DNA of 64,000 bases from Ministeria vibrans ATCC 50519 (lineage: Eukaryota; Protista; Filasterea). This document shows positions 12,858-24,399 of this stretch, piece by piece (within the stretch, counting starts at the first letter, position 1; each line of letters begins with the position of its first letter). A model generated the notes under the pieces. It saw only the letters and a list, made by a program, of their open reading frames with translations. It ran no database searches and was not told the origin of the DNA. The position numbers and the translations under genes are program-made. The stretch lies in the NCBI GenBank assembly GCA_943704425.1, contig CALSCP010002154.1, positions 1 to 64,000 of the forward strand. The letters are read 5' to 3'.

Positions 12858-14080
12858 TCATCCACGCTTGGGGTACTCGCCACGGGGCGGAGGGGAGTAG
12901 CCTTGGCGCTTGGGGTCTTGACCGCCTGTGTGGTAGTCACGGGTGCTTGTTGCCTAGATTGGGGGACGCAAGAATGGGGTGAGTAAGGAAGGCTGGGGGA
13001 GGGGTGTGAGTCATGTAGTACTTGGTCGGGAAAGGTTGGGTCGGCGAAACGGAGGTTCTTGATGACATACTCTGCTGCTTCGTGACAGCTGGTTTTGCCA
13101 GAGAGTAGTTCGGTCAGGGTCTTTTCAAGAGGGACGAAGAGACCCTGGTGGAATCCCAGAGACCAATCGTAGCTCTGGACGGCATTGTATGTCGCAGGGA
13201 AAATTGGGTGCTATACCAAGATCATAGATAGATAAGGGCAGAGATCGAGTGAGGGTGAGAGTGAGTAAGTGCGTGCGTGTGAGTGAGTGTGTGTGAGTGC
13301 GAGTGTGCGTGTATGTGTGTGCGAGATTGAGGTGAGATGAGTTTGTACGTCGTCGTTGTGAAAACATGATCGGCTGCAATGCATCAGTGCAATGCCGTCT
13401 TGCTTGGCATTGTCGCAGTTGTTTCCATAGCGACACTAAAAGTGAGAGAAAAAAAGGACACGGGATTTGTAACGGTGTCAGTGAAAGAAAGAGAAAAAAA
13501 CAAACTTGGTTTGTTACTTGATCGGCTCTGTAGTTCCATCGACAAGGAATGATTTTCACTACATCCGGATGGATACCCAAAATGGTATTGATGAGATCCT
13601 ACACAAACAGAGAGAGAGAGAGGAGGAAGGGAGAAAGAAACAAAGTGTGTGAGAGAGAGGAGGGAAAAAGAAACAAAGCGACAGTGTGTGTGTGTGTGTG
13701 AGTGAATGAGAGTGAGTGGGTGAAAGGGAGTAAGTGTATGAGTCAAGTCAGTCAGTAAGTGAGTCAGAAAGCGTGAATCAATAAGGTCAGTGACAGTTTG
13801 TAGTAAGCGAATGAGTCAGTTGATGAGTGCACTGACCTGGTCTCCCCAAGTGAGGGCACCTCGGTACATGTCGTAGTAGTGTTTGACTTTGCCAACCCAG
13901 TCGAACGAGCGCATTCGCTTCAGGTCCATAAACATCACTGCGGAATTGATACCCAAAGTGCCAAAGAACCTAGAAACAAATTTGCCATAGAGAGAGTGTG
14001 TGTAAGGGTATTCTCTCTCTCTATCACTTTGTTTCTCTCTCTCTCTCTATCGCTTTGTTTCTCTCTCTCTCTCTATCGCT

Positions 14081-14117
<37 letters not shown>

Positions 14118-15241
14118 GCGTACGGGTGTCGNNNNNNNNNNNNNNNNNNNNNNNNNNNNNNNNNNNNNNNNNNNNNNNNNNNNNNNNNNNNNNNNNNNNN
14201 NNNNNNNNNNNNNNNNNNNNNNNNNNNNNNNNNNNNNNNNNNNNNNNNNNNNNNNNNNNNNNNNNNNNNNNNNNNNNNNNNNNNNNNNNNNNNNNNNNNN
14301 NNNNNNNNNNNNNNNNNNNNNNNNNNNNNNNNNNNNNNNNNNNNNNNNNNNNNNNNNNNNNNNNNNNNNNNNNNNNNNNNNNNNNNNNNNNNNNNNNNNN
14401 NNNNNNNNNNNNNNNNNNNNNNNNNNNNNNNNNNNNNNNNNNNNNNNNNNNNNNNNNNNNNNNNNNNNNNNNNNNNNNNNNNNNNNNNNNNNNNNNNNNN
14501 NNNNNNNNNNNNNNNNNNNNNNNNNNNNNNNNNNNNNNNNNNNNNNNNNNNNNNNNNNNNNNNNNNNNNNNNNNNNNNNNNNNNNNNNNNNNNNNNNNNN
14601 NNNNNNNNNNNNNNNNNNNNNNNNNNNNNNNNNNNNNNNNNNNNNNNNNNNNNNNNNNNNNNNNNNNNNNNNNNNNNNNNNNNNNNNNNNNNNNNNNNNN
14701 NNNNNNNNNNNNNNNNNNNNNNNNNNNNNNNNNNNNNNNNNNNNNNNNNNNNNNNNNNNNNNNNNNNNNNNNNNNNNNNNNNNNNNNNNNNNNNNNNNNN
14801 NNNNNNNNNNNNNNNNNNNNNNNNNNNNNNNNNNNNNNNNNNNNNNNNNNNNNNNNNNNNNNNNNNNNNNNNNNNNNNNNNNNNNNNNNNNNNNNNNNNN
14901 NNNNNNNNNNNNNNNNNNNNNNNNNNNNNNNNNNNNNNNNNNNNNNNNNNNNNNNNNNNNNNNNNNNNNNNNNNNNNNNNNNNNNNNNNAAAAAAACGAC
15001 ACTCAATGCAAAAGACTGACGCTTGAAGAAGCGGCAGAGGGGGGGGCGGGGAGGGGAAGGAACGGCAGGTCGCAGAGATCGGAGCTCAAGGGGGACGCTG
15101 TGGAGCGAATGATACCGGGTGTGCGGGGCGTGAGGTGACAGCAAAGAAGACGGTCAGCAGAATGGCGCCCATCACCATCGTCGACATGCGCATGCCGCAG
15201 CACCGCCCTGACGTCGCAAAGCGCGACATTCCTCGCCTCAT
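12858..15241 (-). CDS. GXYLT: Glucoside xylosyltransferase GXYLT1/2-like (GT8); middle hidden in the N-gap 14132-14989
   Basis: Hand-spliced minus-strand exons: FFGTLGINSAVMFMDLKRMRSFDW..YRGALTWGDQ | DLINTILGIHPDVVKIIPCRWNYRADQ | CRYGNNCDNAKQDGIALMHCSRSCFHNDD | HPIFPATYNAVQSYDW. These are collinear with recalled GXYLT motifs (GxNSGVMLM, ITWGDQDLLN, PCQWNYRPDHC, YGSNC). A probable type II anchor exon (MRRGMSRF..MVMGAILLTVFFAV) starts at 15241; its linkage across the gap is inferred. Confidence 0.82.
14132..14989. other. Scaffold gap (N run, ~860 nt)
   Basis: Run of n. Confidence 0.99.
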
Positions 15242-15398
15242 GCCTGCTCACTGCTATCCTGGACAAACTAATAAACAGAATTGTGATTTGTGAGTTCAAA
15301 GGTTTACTATTGTCTTACTAGATGACTTGAAATTTGAATAATTTTTTTCCTAGATTTATTTGGTCTTTCCCTCTTGTCATACCCCTTTGCCATTGGAC

Positions 15399-18037
15399 AT
15401 GCGACTGATCGCGGCCACTAGCCTTGTCCTTTTGCTTTTGTTTTGCCTTGAGGTTCGTTTATGTCTTTCTTTCTACTCTCCTGCGTCGCGCTCTGGCCTT
15501 TCTCTCTTTCCGTTGCGTTCTTTATCACTTCAACTCGTATACGATTGTGTCTCTATGCTCTCGGGTGTTTTTTTTTTTTTTTTTTTGTCGATTTTTGAGT
15601 TATGATTTTTTTTTTTTGATTTTCGCTTCTCAAAAATAAAACTCTTTGGCCTTCTCACGCGTGCTCTCTGTCTCTCGGCTAACGCACGATCATGTAGAGC
15701 CGGGCCAACGAGAGCGAAGACGCCGGCGCGGCATCTATTGGAGCAGAGAAGGTCGATGGAAACGGTGAGGTGTCCACGGCGGATTTGTCCACGTCGGATT
15801 CCGTCGCCATAGTCGACAGCGACGCGCCACCGCCCGACGAGGTGCCCCAAGTGGACATTGGAGATGACTTGGTGACGCTGATGCGGCGACAGCTTAACGA
15901 ATCTTCGCCAGAGTACGACTTGGCGTTGGCGTACGCAACCGCTCAAGAGTGCGTTGTCCGCCACGATCGTCCCGAGTGCGCCATACGCGTCGCCATGGGC
16001 CATTTCTACGGCGATGCGCCCGACGTCATTGCTCACAATGTAAGCGAGTCCTACCGACTCTTTACCGAGCTCTTGACACGACCGCTCAACGACGAGGCAA
16101 ACCCCCAGGCGCTCACCAAGGCCTTCCACACCATTGTGAATCGTTACTTGGCGCTACACCACGCTCTGGGTCTTGGAGTACGTCGTGATCAGGCACGTGC
16201 TTTGCTGCATAGCATGTCCAGTGCACGCGGCGGCAACCTCCTCTCGCGCATGTTTCTGGGCTTTCGCTTCTACCTAGGTCTTGGCCTGCCCATGGGTTGC
16301 GAGAATGCCGTACACTACTATCGCGACGTTGCCGACGCGGTCGTGCCGCAGCTAATGCGCTCGGGCGATCCTCTGATTGAGCGGGTACGCCTGTCGTCGG
16401 AGGCGGACAAGGCGGCGCAGGCGAACAGCATGTCGGAAGACGACATTGTTGAGTACTATCGGCATGCGGCGTCGCGCGACGATCGCGACGCCCAGAATCT
16501 GCTGGGCGAGCTGCACCTGCGCGGCCGTCATGGCTTGCGTCAGGACTATGCTTTGGCTCGCGACTACTTTGAGCGGGCGGCACGAGGCGGCCATGTGGCA
16601 GCTCAGGCACAGCTGGGCACGCTCTATCTCGAGGGTCTTGGTGTGGAGCAAAGCAACGAGACGGCCCTGCGGATGTTCCGCAAGGCAGCTGACAAGGGCA
16701 ATGCGGTGGCACTCAACGGTCTGGCTGTGATGTATTTGACGGGACGCGGCGTGGACGTCGATGCTAAGGAGGCGTTGCGGCTCTTCCAGGTGGCAGCGGA
16801 CGGACCCCAGGGACTGCCCGAGGCTCAGTTCAACCTTGCCAACATGTACTTTGACGGTCGAGCCGTTGCCCGACGCGACTACAAGCGTGCCATTCACTAC
16901 TACACGCTGGCGGGCCAACAGGGCCACACACTGTCACTCAAACAACTGGGTGATATGCACCACAAAGGCATTGGGATGCACAAGAACTGCAATCTGGCCG
17001 TGTCTCTCTACAAGAACGTGGCCGAGCGTGGTCGCTACTCGCGCACCCTAGAGCTTGCACACACTGCTTTTAAGGCGGCCAACTACGCATCGGCCTTTGT
17101 ACGCTATGCCGAGGCCTCCGAGCTGGGCTTCGAGGTGGCGCAGGCCAATGCGGCCTACATTCTGACCGAGTACGGCAGTGCCGTTGAGTGGCTTTTTGCC
17201 ACTGAGAAGGAACGGGCAGAAGACGTCAACGAGCAGACAGCGCCTGCTCCCTCAATCGCACAACAGAGCGCGACCACCACAACTGAGACGGAAACGACAG
17301 CGGAAACGACAACGGAGACTGAGACGAGTGAGGCACCGATTGCAGGTGGCCCAGCCGAGGAGGCACACCCATCCGAGTCAGAGTCACCACAGTTGTTGCC
17401 TCGCAACGAGAAAGAAGACACGTCCTTGTCGCCTCCTCCCACCACTGCTGCACCGACGTACGCGAGCGTTGCCTTGTTTTACTACAAGCGGGCAGCGATG
17501 CAAGGCAATGCAGCGGCGCGCGTCAAGATTGGCGACTACTACTACTACTACGGTGCAGACTACACGACGGCCGCCAGCCACTACCGCACGGCGTCGGATC
17601 AGCTGCAGAATGCACAGGCCATGTGGAACCTGGGCTACATGCACGAGCACGGGCTGGGTTTGCCTCGCGACCTGTTCCTTGCCAAGCGTTACTACGACAT
17701 GAGCGCACGCACCTCTCAAGAGGCCTACCTGCCCGCCTCCCTTGCCCTTCTCAGCGTTTATGCGAAGTTTGCCTGGCAGAGTTTTGAGCAAGGTCGCTTG
17801 GCGACGGACATTATGGCGCTGTTGGCACCACCACCCACCAAGGGCACATCAGCGGAAGCAGCTGCAGGTGGTGCGGAGTCGGATGCGCAAACGTCACCCT
17901 ATGCCGCGCAAACCGAGTTCCTCTTGGAGCTTTTCTTGCAGCACGAGGACGTCATTCTGACTGTCCTTACTGCTCTCTTTGTGTTTTTACTTCTTATTCG
18001 CATGGGTCGAGTTCAGCTTCGGCAAAGGCAGCCTTGA
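15399..18037 (+). CDS. SEL1L: SEL1L/Hrd3 ERAD adaptor (Sel1-like repeats); signal-peptide exon 15399-15452, intron 15453-15697
   Basis: Signal MRLIAATSLVLLLLFCLE joins the 755-aa ORF in frame. SLR repeats, CENAVHYYRDVAD, CNLAVSLYKNVAERG, ELGFEVAQANAAYIL, ARVKIGDYYYYG, NAQAMWNLGYMHEHGLGLPRDLFLAKRYYD, C-terminal TM. Confidence 0.9.
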
Positions 18038-18254
18038 TTAGAGGAGAGAGAGAGAGAGAGAAAATGTACAGTTGAGTGAGCCTTTTTGAGTGTCAATCAT
18101 GAATGAATAGTTCAAGAAAAATAGAAGAAGAGAATAATTAGATGATTCTTCTGCTCTTTCTCGATCAGGACTTGAATTTTAAGTTTTTTTTTTTTTTTTT
18201 CATTCTGTAATCTTTATTCTTTAATAGCTGTATTAAAATTTTTTTTGTCTCCAA

Positions 18255-21200
18255 ATGAACTTTACAGTGCAAATCACGCCAGACATATCGCAATCGACCC
18301 AGCTGCGCGTTGCGCCCGATTCCTATGTAACCTTTGAACTGGGAATGACTGCGGGCTATGCGGTGCGCCTCGAGTGGACGTATCCGCCGGCAGAGGCGAC
18401 GTTTGATCGAAGCAAGTTTCACCCTTGCCCGTTTGGTGTACGGACGCTCGTCGACCAGCCGGGGCCCTACGCCTTCCGCGTGATCACCTCGGAGAATGGC
18501 CGTGCGCTGGTGAGTGGCGTCGTCGTTGTGGAGCCGCGGCTGCCGCACGGTCTGCACAGCGATCAGATCTGCGCGCAGACAGTCCTCACCAAGTGCCTCG
18601 GCCCCATCGACGAGTGGCGAGACCGTCTGCTCGTGGCCGTCGACGCCGGTTACAACGCCATCCACTTTACGCCGGTGCAAACGCTCGGTCCGAGCGACTC
18701 GGCCTATTCACTTGCATCGCAAGACGAACTGCCCGACGATCAGTATCCGACGTGTGCCGATCAACGCGAGCGCTGGCATCAGCTTGAGACGGTGCTGGGG
18801 TCTCTCCAGAGCGAGTTTAACCTGTTGCTCATTCAAGATTGCGTGTGGAACCACACGGCACCCGAGACTACCTGGGTACGCGACCACCCCGAAGCGACAT
18901 ACAACCTGCGTGACTGTCCTTGGCTGCAGAGCGCCTACGACGTGGACGCTGCCATCAGCCACTTCTCTTCGTCGCTCGCTGCTCGAGGTGTCATCATCGA
19001 CTCGGAACATTCGATGGAACAGGCTTTGCGCGAACTCCATGATACCCGTCTGTGTGCACTCAACCTGTGGGAGTACGATATGGTCGACAACGCAGAACTC
19101 GAACGTGCTCTCACGGAGATCGCCAACGCCTCATCCTCGTCCCCCTCTTCTTCTTCTTCTTCCTCCTCCTCCTCCTCAACAACAACAACAACAGCAACAA
19201 ACATCAGCACAAATTCAACATCGTCGTCTCTGTTGGACTTGCCTTTGATCGAGAACGTCAAGCATGGCCGAGGCACAGCACAGGTCAACTGCAAGGCGGC
19301 ACTTGCGCTCGGTCTGGATGCGACTCGTCTGCGCGCGCGTATAGACGAGCACAACCGCGACGCACACGAGCGTGCACAGCATCTTTGTACGCAAATCATC
19401 GACAATGTACGTCATCGCGTACGCTACGAGCGCTGCGAAGAGGGCGGGCCCCGCTACGGAGCGGTGACGGCCTCGCATCCTCTGACCACCCCGTACTTTG
19501 AGGTGTTGGATCAGACGCGTCCCGAACTCATCATGGCTCACAATGGATGGATGTGGAATGCGGATCCGCGTGACGATTTTGCCTCCGAGACGTCGTCGGC
19601 GTACCTCACGCGCGACGTCATTGCCTGGTCAGACTGTGTCAAGTTGCGCTATGGCACGTGTCCAGCCGACAACCCGTGGCTGTGGCAGCACATGCGAGAG
19701 TACACGGAGCGCACGGCCCGACTCTTTGACGGAATCCGTGTTGACAATGCACACAGTACGCCGCTTGCAGTGGCCTCGTACATGCTTGACGCGGCCCGTG
19801 CTGTCTCGCACGGTCGTGTCTACACCATTGCTGAGCTGTTCACCGGCTCGGAAGAGCTCGACAACGTCTATGCGAATCAACTGGGCCTGAGTGCGCTCAT
19901 TCGTGAGGCCATGGCGGCACACTCACCGGCCGAGCTAGGTCGTGTTGCCTTTCGTCATGGAGGACGTGAGCCGGTGGGTCAAATGCCGCGTCGAGGACAG
20001 CTTGTTGGCGCACGTCAGTTGCCACCGGCGCTGTTTATGGACGCGACGCACGACAATCCGTTACCGGTGCAGCGACGTTCGCTCGCCGACATGCTTGCGA
20101 CAGCGGCGCTGGTGAGTGGCACACGTACAGCGATTGGCAGCACACGCGGCTACGATGAACTGGTCACGACCAATGCTGATGTTGTCACCGAGCGGAGACG
20201 TTATACGGGTCGCAGGAGCAGTGAGCAGGATGTGGGCATGTCAAGAGTGCGCCGTGAACTCAACCAGCTGCATGTACACTTGGAGGCGAATCACTACTGC
20301 GAACAGTTTGTTGATCAGTGTGCCGAGGACACGTGTGCGATTGTGCGCACCTGTCCCGCCGAGCACAGTTCCTATGTATTCATTGTGCGCTCCGCATTTG
20401 ATGGGCATCATGCGAGTGAGCCACTTCGCGATGGTGTCTCGCTATTTTTTGAACGTTCAACTGTCGCTGAGATCGTGCTGGAGGCGCGCCTCACCTCGAC
20501 GAACGCACAACCAGCCGTGAGTGCAAGTGGCGACTTCATTCGAGGGTTGCCCAGCGATGCGTATTCACTGTGGAGCCAGACACGCTGTGCGCCCGAAGAC
20601 AGCCGACTGGTGTATGTAGAGCAAGCGGCGACGCACTCGGACAAGGGTGTAGTGGGCACACGCGTGCATTTGAGTGGACGACTTTTGCCGGGCGATGTGT
20701 GTGTGCTACGGGTAGAAGGGGACGCGGAGGTGAAGCGAACACTGGTGCGTCTGCACAAGGCACCGTTTCCCAGCGAGACCCTCTGTTCCGACGTGATTCA
20801 GCACTTGACCGAGCTGGACTTGAGCGATGCGCTGTACCGTTGCGAGAGCGAAGAGCTCGACTGTGGCTCCACAGGCTACAGCATTCCCGGCTATGGGGCT
20901 CTCGTGTTGCACGGCTTTGCTCACCTTGACTGGATTCTGCGCACACAGGTCCGCAGTGATCTGGGACACGCGGTGTGTCAGCATCTCCGTGACGGCGACT
21001 GGCTCATGGAGTGGTGTGCGCGGCGTCTGTGCGAGACAGAAATGGCAAGCGAGGCACTGCGCGACCTTGGCGGCGCCCTACTGGACCATTTGTCGCTCAT
21101 CCGTTTGCTCCCACGACCGCTTGTGCCGGCCTTTGTGGCCGAGTGCATTTACGGGGTGACGGTTGCGCTGGAGCGTCGTGCCGTGGCACTGATGCCACGC

Positions 21201-22727
21201 GTTGCAAAGTTGAGCAAGGGAGTAGACGACGCGCGCTTTGTGCGTCAGTTGGCGCTGACCAGCTATCAAATGTATGGACGCATTCCATCGGGGCGCATGT
21301 TGGACGTGAGCAGCGAACGCCACGAGGCGTACGGTCACGACGACGACGTCGACGACGATGGTGGCTCGCTTGCGGCGGGTCTGCCTCACTTTGCTACGGG
21401 CTATATGCGTTGTTGGGGCCGCGACACGTTTCTCAGCGTGCCCGGTCTGTTTCTGGCGACTGGTCGATTTGATGTGGCGCGTCGTTTGCTGCTGCGTTTT
21501 GCTTCGGTTTGTCGCCATGGACTCATTCCCAATCTGTTGGCGGGTGGACGACGACCGCGCTACAACGCGCGCGACGCCACCTGGTTCTTCCTTGAATGTC
21601 TGCAGCGCTACTGTCGCTTGGCGCCCGAACACCTGGCGATTCTCGAGGCGCCCGTACAACGACGCTTTCCGTTTGACTCGCAGACGGAACACGAGGCACA
21701 CTATGGCACGGAGGGCGTTGCGACCGATGTGTGGTGGACGCTGCGTGATGTGGTGCAACACATTTTGCAGGCACACACGCGTGGCATTGCGTTTCGTGAG
21801 TGGAACGCCGGACGTGCGATTGATGCGCACATGCATGACGAAGGGTTTGATGTGAGTGCGCGAGTGGACCTGTGCACAGGCTTTGTGCATGGTGGCAACC
21901 AACACAACTGCGGTACGTGGATGGACAAGATGGGTGAGTCGGAGCGTGCGGGCACGCGCGGGGTGCCTGCGACGCCACGCGATGGGGCTGCTATTGAGAT
22001 TGTGGGGTTGTGCAAGAGTGCTGTGCGATGGATGTCGCAGCTGGTGGCCGAGGGTATGTGGCCCTGGCAAGGGGTGCAGGTGATGAAGCAGGAGGGAGAG
22101 AGTTTGTGGACGTATGCGGAGTGGGATACGATCTTGCAGCAGTCGTTTGACGAGTGGTTCTACGTGCCTCGGACAAGCGACGAGGACGCGGCGCACCACT
22201 GTCGCAGCGACCTGGTGCATCGTCGAGGCGTGTACCGTGACACTGTGGGCGCGACGCACACCTGGTGCGACTATCAGTTGCGACCAAACCAGTGCATTGC
22301 CATGGTGGTGGCACCCGAGTTGTTTGCACGTGAGCGTGTGTGTGGCGCACTGACGATTGTGGCAAGGTTACTTCACAGCGAGCAAGGGATGCGTACGCTT
22401 GATCCCGACGACTGGAACTACCGACCACACTACGACAATGCACGCGACGACGACGATCGTGCCACCGCGCGTGGCTTCAACTACCACCAGGGGCCCGAGT
22501 GGCTCTGGCCGACTGGGTTCTTCCTGCGTGCGCTTGCGATGCACGGACACGAGCGTGCCGATGAGCTATTGGCAGCCACGCGACGAGACATGGGACGGGC
22601 CTTGGACGCCAGTCCTTGGCAAGGGCTGGTGGAGCTCACGAATGAGAATGGGTCGTTTTGTCGTGACTCGTGTGCCACACAGGCTTGGAGCATGTCGTGT
22701 ATGCTTGAAGCTGTCTTGAAGCAGTAG
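18255..22727 (+). CDS. AGL: Glycogen debranching enzyme (4-alpha-glucanotransferase/amylo-1,6-glucosidase), apparently intronless
   Basis: QTVLTKCLGP, GYNAIHFTPVQ, WSDCVKLRYG, GIRVDNAHSTP, AELFTGSEELD, DATHDN, LAAGLPHF..MRCWGRDTF, NCGTWMDKMGES, DYQLRPN, GFNYHQGPEW, QAWS. Confidence 0.96.
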   Translation: MNFTVQITPDISQSTQLRVAPDSYVTFELGMTAGYAVRLEWTYPPAEATFDRSKFHPCPFGVRTLVDQPGPYAFRVITSENGRALVSGVVVVEPRLPHGLHSDQICAQTVLTKCLGPIDEWRDRLLVAVDAGYNAIHFTPVQTLGPSDSAYSLASQDELPDDQYPTCADQRERWHQLETVLGSLQSEFNLLLIQDCVWNHTAPETTWVRDHPEATYNLRDCPWLQSAYDVDAAISHFSSSLAARGVIIDSEHSMEQALRELHDTRLCALNLWEYDMVDNAELERALTEIANASSSSPSSSSSSSSSSSTTTTTATNISTNSTSSSLLDLPLIENVKHGRGTAQVNCKAALALGLDATRLRARIDEHNRDAHERAQHLCTQIIDNVRHRVRYERCEEGGPRYGAVTASHPLTTPYFEVLDQTRPELIMAHNGWMWNADPRDDFASETSSAYLTRDVIAWSDCVKLRYGTCPADNPWLWQHMREYTERTARLFDGIRVDNAHSTPLAVASYMLDAARAVSHGRVYTIAELFTGSEELDNVYANQLGLSALIREAMAAHSPAELGRVAFRHGGREPVGQMPRRGQLVGARQLPPALFMDATHDNPLPVQRRSLADMLATAALVSGTRTAIGSTRGYDELVTTNADVVTERRRYTGRRSSEQDVGMSRVRRELNQLHVHLEANHYCEQFVDQCAEDTCAIVRTCPAEHSSYVFIVRSAFDGHHASEPLRDGVSLFFERSTVAEIVLEARLTSTNAQPAVSASGDFIRGLPSDAYSLWSQTRCAPEDSRLVYVEQAATHSDKGVVGTRVHLSGRLLPGDVCVLRVEGDAEVKRTLVRLHKAPFPSETLCSDVIQHLTELDLSDALYRCESEELDCGSTGYSIPGYGALVLHGFAHLDWILRTQVRSDLGHAVCQHLRDGDWLMEWCARRLCETEMASEALRDLGGALLDHLSLIRLLPRPLVPAFVAECIYGVTVALERRAVALMPRVAKLSKGVDDARFVRQLALTSYQMYGRIPSGRMLDVSSERHEAYGHDDDVDDDGGSLAAGLPHFATGYMRCWGRDTFLSVPGLFLATGRFDVARRLLLRFASVCRHGLIPNLLAGGRRPRYNARDATWFFLECLQRYCRLAPEHLAILEAPVQRRFPFDSQTEHEAHYGTEGVATDVWWTLRDVVQHILQAHTRGIAFREWNAGRAIDAHMHDEGFDVSARVDLCTGFVHGGNQHNCGTWMDKMGESERAGTRGVPATPRDGAAIEIVGLCKSAVRWMSQLVAEGMWPWQGVQVMKQEGESLWTYAEWDTILQQSFDEWFYVPRTSDEDAAHHCRSDLVHRRGVYRDTVGATHTWCDYQLRPNQCIAMVVAPELFARERVCGALTIVARLLHSEQGMRTLDPDDWNYRPHYDNARDDDDRATARGFNYHQGPEWLWPTGFFLRALAMHGHERADELLAATRRDMGRALDASPWQGLVELTNENGSFCRDSCATQAWSMSCMLEAVLKQ

Positions 22728-22871
22728 CTGTAGATATGAGTTTATGATAACAATAAATTAATAATAATAAAAACCACGTTTTAAAATTTGGGTAAACGGT
22801 ACACAGCAAGGAGCAGAAAAAAAAAACAAAAGCTAAGTAGTGTCAGTTTCTGTTGTCTGATTGTCTGTTGC

Positions 22872-22932
<61 letters not shown>

Positions 22933-23012
22933 NNNNNNNNNNGCTCACGCGCGATGCCCTGATCAAAGGGGGTGTCGAGCTTGAAAATTTTTTGTATGCA
23001 TTTGTTGTACTT

Positions 23013-23533
23013 TTACAGAAACTTTTCAAGCTCGACACCCCCTTTGATCAGGGCATCGCGCGTGAGCTGCCCCGCCTCGGCAAACTGAATGTGATTGACG
23101 TGTAGGACGGTGAAGGGCGTGCGGTGCACCTTGAGACTGCGTTGGTGCTTGCGTGGCTTCGTCTTGTACACATAGATTTCACGGTCAAGATTGTGCTCCA
23201 GGACCGTCGCGTGCACCGACGCGGTTGTATGATTCAACAATGGTGTGCCCAGTACCGTGAAAAATGGCGAACCAACCATCAAAACCTGACAAATTACGTG
23301 AGAGAGAAAAAGATCGAGAGAAACGAAGCGATGGAAAGAGTGTCAGAGAGAGAGAGTGAGAGAGAAACAAAGCGATTAGAAACAGAGCGGGGATAGAGAG
23401 AAAGACAGAGAGTGAGAGACAGAGAGAGAGACAGAAAGGTCGAGATAGAAACAACAGATAAGAGAGAGACAGTGAGAGAGTGTGTGTATGTGTGTGTGTG
23501 TGCATGTGTCTGTAAGAGTGTCTGTAAGCAAGC

Positions 23534-23564
<31 letters not shown>

Positions 23565-24210
23565 TGTCAGTGCGCATATGCATGCATGCATGTGAGTGTG
23601 TGTGTGCATGTCAGTGCGCATATGCATGCATGCATGTGTGTGTGGGTGTGTGCGTGTGCGTCCGTCAGCAGACACAGCCAGTCTTGGTCGTACCTTGCTC
23701 AGGATGATTTTCTTGCCTGCCTCTACTCTCATTCGTGGCACGACAATCCGATCCAGAGCGGACACCTTGAACTGTTTCCCCGATATGTGAACAATGGCGA
23801 ACATTTTGCGAGCGCGAACTTCAAGAGCAGCCCTGCAAGAAAGAGTGTGAGAGAGGAAAAGGGAAAGAGAGAACACGACAAAAAAAAAAAAAAAAAAAAT
23901 CTCTCTCTGTCTCTCTGTTTTACCGAGAAAGCGGAACTGTGGAGGGAGGGTGTAATCTGGAGAACTTTCGCCATCTGAGGGCGGGGTGGATAGCGTCGGG
24001 GTCGCCGTCGACGGGCGAGGGCGGGAGGGCCAGGGGCGCGTCGTCGGGCGCGGAGGAGGGACGCGCAGCGGCACTGGACGGCCCACTGGAAATGCTGCTG
24101 GACGGCCTTCTGGGGGCCAGCGCCAGGCGCGGCGTCGCGAGGACCACCGGCCAGCGCAGGCTGGACGCCGATGCGCGTGCGTTGAGCGTTCGAAGAAGCG
24201 TCAGTCTCAT
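23013..24210 (-). CDS. MRPL21: Mitochondrial ribosomal protein bL21m, 3 exons
   Basis: Arg/Ser-rich presequence MRLTLLRTLNARASASSLR. MFAIVHISGKQFKVS. VLMVGSPFFTVLGTPLL...VHATVLEH..IYVYKTKPRKHQR..HRTPFTVLHVNHI. Confidence 0.88.
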
Positions 24211-24399
24211 CGAGAAGCGAATCAAAAAGACCAAAAAAGTTTTGATTTTTTTTAATTTTTATTGATTTTTTTTTATTGATCGTTCTCTGTGTTGGAGTGA
24301 GTTAAATCGCGACAGATCACAGACTCCGACAGCGACAGCGTTTGTTTATTTATTTATTATTATTATTGTTGTTATTACCTTCTGAGTCTCTTCCGTGTG

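Noticed and set aside
13998-15144. Long ORFs in the ORF track
   Set aside because: They are translations of the N gap.
18165-22693. Many long antisense or overlapping ORFs (e.g. 21078-22259, 29352-30749, 6197-7087)
   Set aside because: Shadow frames of GC-rich coding sequence with no recognisable motifs.
22943-23068. ~45-bp perfect inverted repeat at the 3' end of MRPL21 (hairpin RNA, terminator or MITE?)
   Set aside because: One arm starts exactly at a contig end beside a 10-N gap and copies coding sequence, typical of a fold-back chimeric read.
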